Positions 1-9,592 of a stretch of DNA of 64,000 nucleotides are shown one piece after another. Source of the stretch: Vicinamibacterales bacterium (GTDB taxonomy: Bacteria > Acidobacteriota > Vicinamibacteria > Vicinamibacterales > UBA8438); contig CALLXD010000015.1 of assembly GCA_937766455.1 (NCBI GenBank), positions 700-64,699 on the forward strand, given 5' to 3'. A program made the position numbers and the translations under genes. The first letter of the stretch is position 1. Each line of letters opens with the position of its first letter. Below the pieces are notes generated by a model, which saw only the letters and a list, made by a program, of their open reading frames with translations, had not been told where the DNA came from and did no database searches.

Positions 1-1566
1 CAGTATGTCGTAGGGCGGCAGACTGTCGCTGTCGAGTTGATCTGGCCGAAGTTCCGCGGTCGGTGCCTTCTCGATGATCCGTACCGGGATGACCTCACGG
101 TCGCGGTTACGCCACCGGGCCAGACGATAGACCCAGGTCTTCAGTACATCCTTGAGTACCGCGAAGCCGCCGGCCATGTCGCCATAGAGCGTGGCGTAGC
201 CAACGCTCATCTCGCTCTTGTTGCCGGTGGTCAGCACCAGCCAGCCGAACTTGTTGGAGAGCGCCATCAGCAGATTGCCCCGAATACGGGCTTGCAGGTT
301 CTCTTCGGCCACCCCGGGGTCGGTGTCGGCGAACCGGCTCGCCAGGGCCTGGTCATAGGCGGTAGCCAGATCCGCAATCGGGAACTCCAGCAGTTCGACG
401 CCAAGCCGTTGGGCCAGGTCGCGGCCATCCTCCTGATTCACGTCGGATGTAAACCGTGACGGCATGGAGACGGCGGTCACCGCGTCTGGTCCGAGGGCGT
501 CCGCCGCCACGGTCAACGCCAGGGCCGAGTCGATACCGCCGGACAACCCGAGGACCGCATGGCGAAAGCCGTTCTTCCGAAAGTAGTCACCGGTACCGAG
601 CGTCAAGGCGCGATACACCTCGGCATCCTCATTGAGGATGGTCGGGACCGGGCTGGTGGCGGGGGAGTCCATCTCGCGAGTCGTGCCCACCGCGCTCGAG
701 ACACAGACCGAGCGAATCCGCTGACTGTCGGTGTGTCCCGGCTGGCGCCAGCGCGGGTCATGCAGTCGGCGCCGCGACGCACTGACCGCGTCGATGGAGA
801 CCACCATGAGGTCTTCCTCAAACTGGCGTCCACGGGCCAGCACCTCGCCGGTCGGGTCGAGTACCAGGCTGTGTCCATCGAAGACCAGTTCATCTTGGCC
901 CCCGACGGCGTTGCAGAAGGCGACAAAACACCCGTAGTCGGTGGCGCGTTGCGCCAGCATGCGTTCACGCTCCATCCCCTTGCCACGGTGATAGGGAGAC
1001 CCGGACAGGTTGACCAGCAGTTCGGCACCGCCGTCAATGGCGGCCCATTGTCCGGGTCCGCCTGGATACCAGAGGTCCTCGCAAATCGTGACTCCGACCC
1101 GGACGCCGTGGGCACCACCCACGCCACCCACGTCAATCACCAGTCCATTCGTGCCCCGGGCGAAGTAGCGGTGTTCGTCGAAGACCCCGTAGTTCGGGAG
1201 GAAGTGTTTCCGGTAGGTCGCGACGACTGACCCATCGGCCAGCACCGCCGCGGCGTTGTAGAGGTCGTCCGAGCGGTCCGGTAGACCAACCAGCACAACC
1301 GTGTCGGTGACCGAGCGGGCCAGGTCACGGACGCCGGCGGCGGCGGCGTCCGCAAAACGCGGATTGAGCAGCAGGTCTTCTGGGGGGTAGCCGGTGACGG
1401 AGAGCTCGGGAAAGACCGTGAGGTCGGCCCCGCGCGCACACGCTCGGTCGATCAAACCCGCAATGCGGTTCAGGTTGCCGTCGATATCGCCAACCGGGAG
1501 ATTGCACTGACACATGGCCACCCGCAAGGGGCGGCTCGCCATCATCTCGTCTCGATTGCTGGTCAT
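1..1566 (-). CDS. nadE: Glutamine-dependent NAD+ synthetase (CN-hydrolase glutaminase domain + NAD synthase domain); 3' end runs off the left window edge
   Basis: Absent from the ORF track because it is open at position 1. My minus-strand translation reads MTSNRDEMMASRPLRVAMCQCNLPVGDIDGNLNRIAGLIDRACARGADLTVFPELSVTGYPPEDLL (nitrilase-type domain). Further on it reads HAVLGLSGGIDSALALTVAADALG (SGGxDS PP-loop, about 525-560). The start is ATG 1566 or ATG 1515. Confidence 0.88.
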   Translation of the reverse strand, partial: MTSNRDEMMASRPLRVAMCQCNLPVGDIDGNLNRIAGLIDRACARGADLTVFPELSVTGYPPEDLLLNPRFADAAAAGVRDLARSVTDTVVLVGLPDRSDDLYNAAAVLADGSVVATYRKHFLPNYGVFDEHRYFARGTNGLVIDVGGVGGAHGVRVGVTICEDLWYPGGPGQWAAIDGGAELLVNLSGSPYHRGKGMERERMLAQRATDYGCFVAFCNAVGGQDELVFDGHSLVLDPTGEVLARGRQFEEDLMVVSIDAVSASRRRLHDPRWRQPGHTDSQRIRSVCVSSAVGTTREMDSPATSPVPTILNEDAEVYRALTLGTGDYFRKNGFRHAVLGLSGGIDSALALTVAADALGPDAVTAVSMPSRFTSDVNQEDGRDLAQRLGVELLEFPIADLATAYDQALASRFADTDPGVAEENLQARIRGNLLMALSNKFGWLVLTTGNKSEMSVGYATLYGDMAGGFAVLKDVLKTWVYRLARWRNRDREVIPVRIIEKAPTAELRPDQLDSDSLPPYDIL

Positions 1567-1651
1567 GTCGGATCCCGGGCTACGCCAGTTTTCACCTTAT
1601 CACTCGTGCTGGGCGGGGCCGTCGGGATATCCAAGTGGGCGTTGTCGTTCT

Positions 1652-1715
1652 GCGCAGCCGCGCGCAGCCGCGGTCAGGACCCGTGCTGCCGCGGTCAGGA
1701 CCCGTGCTGCCGCGG
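1652..1715. repeat. Short tandem repeats: 2 x 10-mer gcgcagccgc, then 2.3 x 21-mer gccgcggtcaggacccgtgct
   Basis: Read directly from the sequence. 21-mer copies lie at 1667-1687 and 1688-1708, with a partial copy at 1709-1715. 10-mer copies lie at 1652-1661 and 1662-1671. The repeats sit in the gap between the dut stop (1720) and the nadE start. Each 21-mer can form an imperfect GCGG(U)CAG/CUGCCGC hairpin. Confidence 0.9.
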
Positions 1716-1719
1716 GTTG

Positions 1720-2154
1720 CTATGAACCGGTCGAGCCGAAGCCGCCCTGGCCACGGCTGGTATCGGACAGTACCGCGCTATCGGTGACGTCGACCGCCAG
1801 CGTCGGCTGGACGACCAGCTGAGCGACCCGCATTCCGCGCTTGACCGTGAAGACCGCAGGGCCATGGTTGATGAGAATAACGGACACCTCTCCGCGGTAG
1901 CCCTCGTCGATGGTGCCGGGGGCGTTGAGCACGGTGACGCTGTGTTTGAGGGCCAGGCCGCTGCGGGGGCGCACCTGTGCTTCAGTGCCGGGTGGGAGTT
2001 CGAGCGACAGCCCGGTACCGACCAAGCGGGTCGCACCTGGGGGAATGTCGAGGTCGACCGCGGCGCACAGATCCAGGCCGGCGTCGCCAGGATGGGCGCG
2101 ACGGGGCAGGGTGGCCGACGGCGTCAGTCGTTTGACGCGCAGCTGTACTGTCAC
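1720..2154 (-). CDS. dut: dUTP diphosphatase (dUTPase)
   Basis: The 144-aa ORF carries dUTPase motifs: AGLDL, RPRSGLALKH, GTIDEGYRGEV and C-terminal RGQGGFGSTG. Its GTG start overlaps the stop of the upstream gene (GTGA). Confidence 0.95.
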   Translation of the reverse strand: MTVQLRVKRLTPSATLPRRAHPGDAGLDLCAAVDLDIPPGATRLVGTGLSLELPPGTEAQVRPRSGLALKHSVTVLNAPGTIDEGYRGEVSVILINHGPAVFTVKRGMRVAQLVVQPTLAVDVTDSAVLSDTSRGQGGFGSTGS

Positions 2155-2981
2155 CGGGGGTCTTCTCGGAGGACGGTGGGGATTGGGAGACTGGCTGGCG
2201 CCAACCCAAGTTCGCGCGCAATGTCTCGAACACTGGCCTGCACGGCCCGTACATTGCGCGGGCCCATCCCCATGAACTGTTTCTGGGCCGGCAGCAGGTC
2301 CTCCAGTTCCGAGTCAGTAAACTCGAAGAACGTCGCGCGCGGAAGCAGGGTCTCGGTGCGTTCAAGAATCGGTGTCTCAAGCAGGTGCTCGAGCGCGCGA
2401 CGCAGCGTGGCGTCGAACGTGCCCTCCGGATGCCCGAGTTCGGTGTATGCCTCGGTAATCAGTGGGTAGAGGCGGTGGTAGAGGGCGGCCGCGCCGACCG
2501 GGTCGATGGACGCGACGATTTCCGCGTGCGTGTTGTATCGGGCGTGGCTGGCTGGAGCGATGGCTGGTTGAGACGGGTCGCCAGACGTCTGGAACCGCTG
2601 GGTCGGTCGCAGTGGCGTGAGCCGCGCCGCCGGGTTGTGGCCGTCAGCCACGTTCTCCACCACCACGACGAACAGGCGGACCAGGTCGTCCGGGATCAGC
2701 CACGCGGCGAAGGCGGAATGCGGGGTGAGTGCGGAGACCAGGTCTCGCACCAGGTCGTCGCTGTCGCCGAGGGCCGGGAGTGCGACGGGCGGTGGCGTTT
2801 CAACTGGTGTCGGGGCCGTCGACACCGTTGGCGCATCGACGACCGGCTCAGCGGCGGGCGTCGCGTCTTGCCGGCCGACAACAACATATGACACCAGACC
2901 GGCGACGAGTGCGACGGCGACCACGCCCAGCAATGGTCCGAAATATTGACCACCCGGGCGGAACGACGAGGCTATTGCCAC
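2151..2981 (-). CDS. DUF3014-like membrane-anchored protein
   Basis: The 276-aa ORF has an N-terminal TM helix (LLGVVAVALVAGLVSYVVV), a Pro/Thr-rich linker and a conserved C-terminal domain (LGDSDDLVRDLV...FVVVVENVADG...YHRLYPLITEAY) typical of DUF3014. It is translationally coupled to dut. Confidence 0.7.
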   Translation of the reverse strand: MAIASSFRPGGQYFGPLLGVVAVALVAGLVSYVVVGRQDATPAAEPVVDAPTVSTAPTPVETPPPVALPALGDSDDLVRDLVSALTPHSAFAAWLIPDDLVRLFVVVVENVADGHNPAARLTPLRPTQRFQTSGDPSQPAIAPASHARYNTHAEIVASIDPVGAAALYHRLYPLITEAYTELGHPEGTFDATLRRALEHLLETPILERTETLLPRATFFEFTDSELEDLLPAQKQFMGMGPRNVRAVQASVRDIARELGLAPASLPIPTVLREDPR

Positions 2982-3099
2982 AGTGGATGACTCCTGCTTG
3001 CCGAGGCGGAAGACTCGGTCCCGGGCGACGGGTGGTTATCCACGCCGACTGCCCAGCCGTTCGTCTCAGAGATCGAACGACCTTACTACTCGCATCATA

Positions 3100-3119
3100 G
3101 GACAGACTGCGGTCTGTCC
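3100..3119 (-). terminator. Perfect 8-bp hairpin downstream of the SGNH hydrolase gene (weak terminator candidate)
   Basis: GGACAGAC-TGCG-GTCTGTCC lies about 45 nt after the stop at 3163. There is no clean U-tract on the minus strand, so function is uncertain. Confidence 0.3.
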
Positions 3120-3162
3120 ACCAGATGTGCCGGAATCGGGGTGTGGGTCGAACGACGGACGA

Positions 3163-4260
3163 CTACGGGGTCCTTCGGACGGCAGGAGCCCGTGGTGTGA
3201 CGTCGTACCGGGAGACCATCTCCGCGAAAAACAGCTCTGCCATACGGCGATATCCGGCCACCGTCGGGTGGAACCCATCGGCGCCGATGGTGCCCGGGAC
3301 GCCGTTCAACGCGGCGTATAGGTCCACGACATTGCCGAGGCCAAGTTGAGCCGCCATGAGGCGGATCTGGGCGTTCAATGCGAGGAGTGCGGCGCGGGTG
3401 CCAGGGTCGGACGCTTCTCGGGCGTCGCTGACCGGGGTGAGTGTGGCGAGTATTACGTCCACATCGAGCCCCTGAGCGGTGGTCGCCATCGACCGTAGCG
3501 CGCTTGCGATCGGGGTGATGCTGACGGGCGCGGTACTGCCCGGAGGTCGATTGAGCAGGGCGAGGTCGATGTCGTTGAATCCCTCGAACAGCATCATGAC
3601 CTCTGGCTGCGTGGCCAGCAGCGACGATCTGATCCGCAGGAGACCTCCCTGAGTCGCTCGTTCTCCGGCGCTGCCCTCGTTGGCCACGATGAACTGTTGC
3701 GTGGGGTAGCGCGGCACCATCATATTCTGGAGCTGGGCCGGATAGGAGTTGAGGGGCTCGATGGCGCGGGAGATACCCGGGATGGTTCGAGCTCCGGCCC
3801 GGAGCAACGCCGGAATGTCCCGAATCGAGACGCCGGACGGGAGGAAGCTCGCGCCGACGAATCCCTCCGTGATGCTGTCCCCGAACGCCATGTACCGTGT
3901 GAATCGAAGCTTCTCATCCGGCGGTGTGATGGTGATCGGAAATGAACAGGATTCCGCGAATTCGGGCATGTCCGCGGTGCAGGTGACCGTCGACGTGCCG
4001 ATGGGGAACGATGTCCCAGAGACTGGGGCGCAGGACCCTTTGTCGACCGCAATACCGGCCACCGTCGGCACACCCCAGGTGATGGCGACCGGCAAGGCGT
4101 CGAGCGACTGTCGCGCGACCGGAACGGGGCACGACATGAGCGCGGCCACCGGATTGCCAGGCGTCGGCACCGGCGTCGGCGCCGTGGGGGCGTCGCTGGC
4201 GCATCCAGCGGCGAGGAGGGTCACGACGAGCGCACAGGGGCGCAGCCGGTCGAGCATCAT
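3163..4260 (-). CDS. SGNH/GDSL-family hydrolase lipoprotein with an N-terminal beta-sandwich-like domain
   Basis: 365 aa. It has a lipobox signal (LLAAGC), GDSL block I (MAFGDSITEG), block III (FEGFNDI) and block V (GADGFHPTVAGY). Confidence 0.85.
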   Translation of the reverse strand: MMLDRLRPCALVVTLLAAGCASDAPTAPTPVPTPGNPVAALMSCPVPVARQSLDALPVAITWGVPTVAGIAVDKGSCAPVSGTSFPIGTSTVTCTADMPEFAESCSFPITITPPDEKLRFTRYMAFGDSITEGFVGASFLPSGVSIRDIPALLRAGARTIPGISRAIEPLNSYPAQLQNMMVPRYPTQQFIVANEGSAGERATQGGLLRIRSSLLATQPEVMMLFEGFNDIDLALLNRPPGSTAPVSITPIASALRSMATTAQGLDVDVILATLTPVSDAREASDPGTRAALLALNAQIRLMAAQLGLGNVVDLYAALNGVPGTIGADGFHPTVAGYRRMAELFFAEMVSRYDVTPRAPAVRRTP

Positions 4261-4451
4261 GAGCGTGTTTCGCTTCGAAATATGATGGACGCCCCGTGGG
4301 GCCGTCCTGAAAGTCGGCCGGGATCTGCACCCCGGGCTATTGTCGTGCGCGATACCGAGTGGACAAACGGTGCAATGTTAGTGGCGCACGCCGCGGAAAG
4401 CAACGACCGGTCTCTGCCGCCTGCCGGGGCAGCGGCGGCCTCAACTCCGCA

Positions 4452-4880
4452 TCAGAGTCCATCGGCCGGGCGGGCGACCATTCCGGGTGCGGCGGCATTC
4501 AATGGCGTGCGGCCGGAGGGCATCCCGTTTTTCTTCAGGATGTAAGCCACCACATTCATAAGGGTCTCGGCATCCGGTTTTCGCCCGGCCGGTGGCATCG
4601 CCGCGTTCACGTAGGCAAAGAGCTCGGCGGCGGGGCGCCCTCCCCACATCCCAAGGAACGTGTCTCCGGCCAGCTGAGGGGTGTCTGAGGCGCCGCCCAG
4701 GTCCTGTTTGTGGCAGGAAGCGCAGACGTCCTGGTATGTCTCCTCGCCTGCTTCGGCCTGGGCCCTGGTGTAGGAGGCGAGGGCCGGCTCAGCCGGCTGG
4801 CCGGTCAGGCTCGTTGCGCCTGTTGCGAGAAGGCTGGCCGCCAGGCCCAGAAGTCGAAGGCGGGGCATGATGGCACTCAT
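4452..4880 (-). CDS. Class I c-type cytochrome (exported)
   Basis: It has a signal peptide (MSAIMPRLRLLGLAASLLATGA), one CASCH heme-binding motif and a distal Met region (NAAMPP). I prefer the start at 4880, which lies 2 nt after the CHRD stop. The track ORF extends to 4901. Confidence 0.85.
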   Translation of the reverse strand: MSAIMPRLRLLGLAASLLATGATSLTGQPAEPALASYTRAQAEAGEETYQDVCASCHKQDLGGASDTPQLAGDTFLGMWGGRPAAELFAYVNAAMPPAGRKPDAETLMNVVAYILKKNGMPSGRTPLNAAAPGMVARPADGL

Positions 4881-4882
4881 GG

Positions 4883-5335
4883 TCAAGGCGGGAGCAGCCA
4901 CCCCCGCAGCTCACCGCCCCGGTTGTTCTCGGTGTGGATCTGCACGTAGTACTCGCCGCCGCGTAAGGCGTCTTGTGCCGCCGCGTCCAGGGTGAACGTG
5001 CCCGCGAGGGTGCCGCTGCGCCCTGACACCACATCAAGGGTCAAGGCTACCGGCCCGCGCCTGGCCGGGGGAGCCTGGTGGACGTGCGCGGCGGTGGCCG
5101 GCGAACTCAGGCCCTCGAAGTCTCCCGTGATGACGAGCGTGGCGCCGGTGAGCGTCGCATGCGCCTCGCCCATGCCGGACATCGAAGGCGCCGTCGTGAA
5201 ATCGATCGGTAGCACCGAGAGTCGTCCCTGGAATTCCTGGCTGGTCTGCGCGTGCGCAGCACCGACCAACAGAGCAAGCACCCCGGCGACAATCAGAAGC
5301 CGGCTCGCGCGACGTGCACCGTGCCCTCGGGTCAT
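4883..5335 (-). CDS. CHRD domain-containing exported protein
   Basis: 150 aa with a signal peptide and CHRD-like blocks: GEAHATLTG..LVITGDFEGLSSPATAAHVH and YYVQIHTENNRGGELRGWL. Confidence 0.75.
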   Translation of the reverse strand: MTRGHGARRASRLLIVAGVLALLVGAAHAQTSQEFQGRLSVLPIDFTTAPSMSGMGEAHATLTGATLVITGDFEGLSSPATAAHVHQAPPARRGPVALTLDVVSGRSGTLAGTFTLDAAAQDALRGGEYYVQIHTENNRGGELRGWLLPP

Positions 5336-5355
5336 CGGGTTGAACCTCGTCGCTG

Positions 5356-6537
5356 CTACTCAGTCTCTGGGGGGCCCGAGGCGCTGAGGGCTGGGCTGAT
5401 GGCCATGCCCAACGCCTCCAAGACCTCTGTCGTGTGCTGGCCGAGTGCGGGTGGTGGCCGGTCGAGCACCGCCGGGGTGCGCGACAGTTTGATCGGATTG
5501 CCGAGCGACCGGATGCTGCCCAGTTCGGGGTGCGGCAGCTCGACCACCATCTCACGCGCGGCGAGCTGAGGGTCCGACAGCGCCTCAGCCACGGTTCGCA
5601 CTTCGCCGCACGGCACCGCGTGCGCGCGCAGCCGACCAATGAGCAGGTCGCGTGTCAGGCTCCCGAGAAACCCGTTCAACACCGTCTTGAGCGTGTCCCG
5701 ATGCCGCATCCGCTCGGTATTGGTGACGAATCGAGGATCCGTGTCGAGCTGCGGTTGACCGATGGCCTGGCAGAATTGGTGCCAGAGCCGCTGGTTGCCC
5801 ACGGCGACCATGACCAGGCCGTCGCGTACCTCGACCGTCTCGTAGGGGGTCAGCGTGTGGTGGTCGTTGCCCTCCCGTCCCAGCTCATGTCCGGTGGCGA
5901 ACAACACGTTCGCCGGTAGTGCCAGGGCGGTGGTCATGGCGTCGAGCAGCGCAATGTCGACGTGCTGGCCTCGCCCGGTCTCGTCGCGGTTGCGGAGCGC
6001 CAGAAGGATACCGTTCAGGGCATACAGCCCGGCGAGATAGTCCGTGATGGCGACCCCGACGCGCGTCGGAGGGCCGTCCGGCTCGCCCGTGACATGCATG
6101 AGGCCTGACTCCGCCTGAATGACGGCGTCATACCCGGGCAGTGTGCGCTTTGGGCCCTGTTGGCCGTAGCCCGTGATGGAGCAAAACACCAAACGGGGAT
6201 TCGTCTCCCGTACCGTCTCGTAATCGAACCCGAGCTTCTGCAGACTGCCGGGGCGGAAATTTTCGATCAGCACGTCAGCGGTGCTGATGAGTCGTCGCAG
6301 CGCCTCGGCGCCGTCCGGAGTCTTGAGGTCCAGCGCGACACTCTTCTTGCTGCGGTTCATGCCGAGAAAGAACGTGCTCACCCCGTGGTGAAACGGAGCC
6401 CAGGCCCGGGTGTCATCGCCATGCGTGGGTTCCTCGATCTTGAGGACCTCGGCTCCCATGTCGCCCAGCATCATGGCGCAGTAGGGCCCAGCCAGAACGC
6501 GAGTGAGATCGATGACGGTGAGACCGTGCAGCGGCAT
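5356..6537 (-). CDS. CaiB/BaiF family III CoA-transferase
   Basis: 393 aa. The N-terminus LTVIDLTRVLAGPYCAMMLGDMGAEVLKIE and overall length are typical of family III CoA transferases. Confidence 0.9.
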   Translation of the reverse strand: MPLHGLTVIDLTRVLAGPYCAMMLGDMGAEVLKIEEPTHGDDTRAWAPFHHGVSTFFLGMNRSKKSVALDLKTPDGAEALRRLISTADVLIENFRPGSLQKLGFDYETVRETNPRLVFCSITGYGQQGPKRTLPGYDAVIQAESGLMHVTGEPDGPPTRVGVAITDYLAGLYALNGILLALRNRDETGRGQHVDIALLDAMTTALALPANVLFATGHELGREGNDHHTLTPYETVEVRDGLVMVAVGNQRLWHQFCQAIGQPQLDTDPRFVTNTERMRHRDTLKTVLNGFLGSLTRDLLIGRLRAHAVPCGEVRTVAEALSDPQLAAREMVVELPHPELGSIRSLGNPIKLSRTPAVLDRPPPALGQHTTEVLEALGMAISPALSASGPPETE

Positions 6538-6614
6538 GTCGGAGCCGGATTATACCGGCCAGGTCGTGTATCGTGCTCGGAACTGACGCGGGGTGGTTCC
6601 CCAAGGAGTGGCGG

Positions 6615-8189
6615 ATGACGCGGATGAGACCGGTGACGGCGATGGTCCGGCCTGCGATGCGGGCCTGCAGTGTAGCGACGGCCCTGGCGCTGGGTGCGTC
6701 GGCGGGCGGGTGGGCGTGCGCCGCAGATGGCGATCAGGCGCCGGTCGGTGGCGCGCGGTGTACCAAGCTTGCGGCGATGACGTTGATTGATTTCGAGATC
6801 GTCAGCGCTGGCCTTGTTTCTGACGTCGACGGCCCCCCCCATTGCCGGGTCCAGGGCCTGATCGACGAGGAGATCAATTTCGAGCTGCTGCTGCCAGACG
6901 AGTGGAACGGCCGTTTCATGATGGGGGGCGGCGGCGGATACGTCGGCAGCGTACAGAATGCCGCGCTGGCCTATGGTGCGGGTCCTGGTGCCCTCGAGCG
7001 TGGCTATGCCACCGTCGGCACCGACACCGGGCACCAGGGAGAGGGGGTCCAGGCGGCGTGGGCTCTTCACAATGAGACACGGCAGATCAATTTCGGCCAT
7101 CGTGCTGTGCATCTGACGGCGGAGGCGGCCCGCTCGATCATCCGGTACTACTACGAGCGGGAGGAAGCGTATGCCTACTTCGTGGGCTGTTCCCGAGGGG
7201 GCGGGCAGGGCATGATGGCGTCGCAGCGCTACCCCGAGGACTTTGACGGGATTGTCGCCGGGGCGCCTGCGTATCACTGGACCGCCTTCACGGCCGGGTT
7301 CGTGCAGAATCAGCAGGCAATCTTCCCTGACCCGTCGGACCTGTCGACGCCGGTGATCACGCGCGAGAATCGGGCGCTGCTCGACGCGTCGATTCGGCAG
7401 GCGTGTGACCGCCAGGACGGTGTGGAGGATGGCGTCTTGAACGATCCCCGGCGCTGCGCCTTCGCACCAGACTCGCTTCCGCGGTGTGTCGATGACAGCC
7501 CAGGGCCCGACTGCGTGACGGCTGACCAATTGGCCGCGATACAGGCGATCTACGCAGGGCCCACCAGCAATGGTGAGTCGATCTTCCATGGATTCCCATT
7601 CGGTGGCGAGAATGATCCGGGCGGATGGGACCAGTGGATTTCCGGGGCCAACACGACCGCGGAGCGTGGCGCGCCCAATTTGCACTACGGCTTCGGGACC
7701 GAGCTCTACAAGTACTTCGTGTTCGACGATCCAGACTGGGACTACACCACGTACGACTTCTCGACCTGGTCCGACGATATTGCGGACGCCTCGAAAATTC
7801 TGGACGCAACCGATCCCGACCTGGGGCCGTTCCGCGACGCCGGGGGGAAACTCCTCCTATGGACGGGGTGGTCGGATCCGGCGCTGACGGCGCTCGGCAC
7901 CATCGACTACTACGATAAGGTGCGTACGCTCGACCCCGTGGCGACCGACTATGCTCGACTGTTCATGCTGCCTGGCGTGCTTCACTGCGGCGGGGGACCG
8001 GGGCCCGACGAGGTCGACTGGCTGACGGCCATTGCGGCGTGGGTCGAGCAGGATGTCGCCCCCGTTCGGCTGGTGGCGACCAAGACGTCAGGTCTCACCA
8101 GGCCGGTCTGCGCGTATCCGCAGGTCGCCGCGTACGACGGGTCGGGAGCGACGGACGACGAGGCCAATTTTCGGTGTCAGGTCCCCTGA
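6615..8189 (+). CDS. Tannase/feruloyl-esterase family alpha/beta hydrolase (exported)
   Basis: It has the GCSRGGGQGM nucleophile elbow, YPEDFDGIVAGAPA and a C-terminal CAYPQVAAYDGSG block. An AAGGAG Shine-Dalgarno sequence lies 6 nt before ATG 6615. The track ORF starts at 6573. Confidence 0.85.
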   Translation: MTRMRPVTAMVRPAMRACSVATALALGASAGGWACAADGDQAPVGGARCTKLAAMTLIDFEIVSAGLVSDVDGPPHCRVQGLIDEEINFELLLPDEWNGRFMMGGGGGYVGSVQNAALAYGAGPGALERGYATVGTDTGHQGEGVQAAWALHNETRQINFGHRAVHLTAEAARSIIRYYYEREEAYAYFVGCSRGGGQGMMASQRYPEDFDGIVAGAPAYHWTAFTAGFVQNQQAIFPDPSDLSTPVITRENRALLDASIRQACDRQDGVEDGVLNDPRRCAFAPDSLPRCVDDSPGPDCVTADQLAAIQAIYAGPTSNGESIFHGFPFGGENDPGGWDQWISGANTTAERGAPNLHYGFGTELYKYFVFDDPDWDYTTYDFSTWSDDIADASKILDATDPDLGPFRDAGGKLLLWTGWSDPALTALGTIDYYDKVRTLDPVATDYARLFMLPGVLHCGGGPGPDEVDWLTAIAAWVEQDVAPVRLVATKTSGLTRPVCAYPQVAAYDGSGATDDEANFRCQVP

Positions 8190-8244
8190 TCCGCACCGGT
8201 ATACTGGGTGCCGTTCGCAACGGTCACACGCACGCCTACCCATC

Positions 8245-9450
8245 ATGATTGACGCATTTATCTACGACGGAATACGCAGCCCCTTTGGCCGGCATGCCGG
8301 CGATTTGTCTTCGATGCGCGCGGACGACCTCCTGGCCGGCACGATTCGCACGCTGCTCAAACGTGGCCCCTTCGAGGGGCGCCATGTCGAGGACGTCGTG
8401 GTGGGCTGTACGAACCAGGCCGGCGAAGACTGTCGTAACGTTGCCCGTCGGGCGGGATTGTTGGCCGGTCTCCCGGTCGAGGTTGCCGGCATGACCGTGA
8501 ACCGGCTCTGCGCTAGCGGGCTCGCCGCCGTGGTCGATGCGGCGCGGTCGATTGCCTGTGACCAGGGCGATCTGTTTGTTGCCGGCGGGGTCGAGAGTAT
8601 GAGCCGCGCACCGTTTGTGATGGCCAAGTCGGAGCGGGCGTACGGTCGACAACTGACGGTCTTCGACACGACCCTTGGTTCTCGCTTTCCGAACCCGCGT
8701 ACCACCGCCGAGTACGGCGACCATGCCATGCCCGAGACTGCGGACCATATCGCGGTCGAGTTGGGGATCAGCCGACACGAGAGCGATCGGTTCGCGTTGG
8801 GTTCGCAGCACCGCTTTGAGAGGGCGAAGACGGCCGGCTTCTACGCGGATGAGCTGGATTCGGTGACGGTACGAGGACCGAAGCGCGGTGAGACCAGGGT
8901 CGTCACCGACGATGAGCATCCCCGTCCGACAACGTCGGCTGACAAACTGGCGGCGCTTCGTCCGTTGTTCGAGGGCGGCGTCGTGACCGCGGGGAACGCG
9001 TCTGGTCTCAACGACGGCGCGGCCGCGCTCATGCTTGGGAGTCGCGCCGCCGGCGATCGGGCCGGCGCCGTGCCCGTGGCCCGCGTCGTGTCGGCCGCCG
9101 CGGCTGGGGTGGAGCCGCGCGTCATGGGGCTGGGACCGGTGCCCGCGTCGAAGAAAGCGCTGGAGCGCGCCGGGCTCTCCCTGGCCGATATGGACGTCAT
9201 CGAGATCAACGAAGCGTTCGCGACGCAGGTCCTCGGCTGCCTCAAGTTGATGGACATCGCCTATGACGATAGTCGGGTGAACCCCAATGGCGGGGCTATC
9301 GCGGTCGGACACCCCCTCGGCGCTTCTGGGGCCAGGTTGACCCTCACCGCGATGCGGCAGCTGCAGCGCACCCAGGGCCGCTACGCACTGGTCACGCTGT
9401 GTATCGGCGTCGGGCAGGGGCTGGCCGCGGTGCTGGAACGGGTTCAGTGA
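8245..9450 (+). CDS. Acetyl-CoA C-acyltransferase / 3-oxoadipyl-CoA thiolase-like
   Basis: Thiolase motifs are present: [24 protein letters not shown] (active Cys), [18 protein letters not shown] and CIGVGQGLA. The track ORF (8032) carries an Arg-rich spurious N-terminal extension. Confidence 0.92.
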   Translation: MIDAFIYDGIRSPFGRHAGDLSSMRADDLLAGTIRTLLKRGPFEGRHVEDVVVGCTNQAGEDCRNVARRAGLLAGLPVEVAGMTVNRLCASGLAAVVDAARSIACDQGDLFVAGGVESMSRAPFVMAKSERAYGRQLTVFDTTLGSRFPNPRTTAEYGDHAMPETADHIAVELGISRHESDRFALGSQHRFERAKTAGFYADELDSVTVRGPKRGETRVVTDDEHPRPTTSADKLAALRPLFEGGVVTAGNASGLNDGAAALMLGSRAAGDRAGAVPVARVVSAAAAGVEPRVMGLGPVPASKKALERAGLSLADMDVIEINEAFATQVLGCLKLMDIAYDDSRVNPNGGAIAVGHPLGASGARLTLTAMRQLQRTQGRYALVTLCIGVGQGLAAVLERVQ

Positions 9451-9592
9451 CGAGACGGATCAGCCCGCCGAAACCGCTCAGACGCCGGGGTCCCCATGAC
9501 TCCGTTGTGCGCCAGGGACGCGCGCAGACGCGCGCGGCCTGGTCTCAGCCCGACCCAACGGCCCTGCCCGCACGGGCTTCGAAGCGGTTGAT

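Noticed and set aside
1652-1715. Possible CRISPR array
   Set aside because: The repeats are directly abutting with no spacers, there are only about 2 copies of 21 nt, and no cas genes are in the window.
6471-7685. 404-aa minus-strand ORF
   Set aside because: It lies antisense to the tannase-family esterase gene and has no motifs.
8032-8244. N-terminal extension of the thiolase ORF (similar long extensions occur at 10942, 12404, 13615, 18398, 21206, 33781, 36223, 38590, 45459, 48098, 49327, 50060, 51078, 53503 and 59032)
   Set aside because: The extensions are Arg/Pro-rich, overlap upstream genes and precede obvious native N-termini (signal peptides or conserved first motifs, often with a Shine-Dalgarno sequence). 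Internal starts were used instead.
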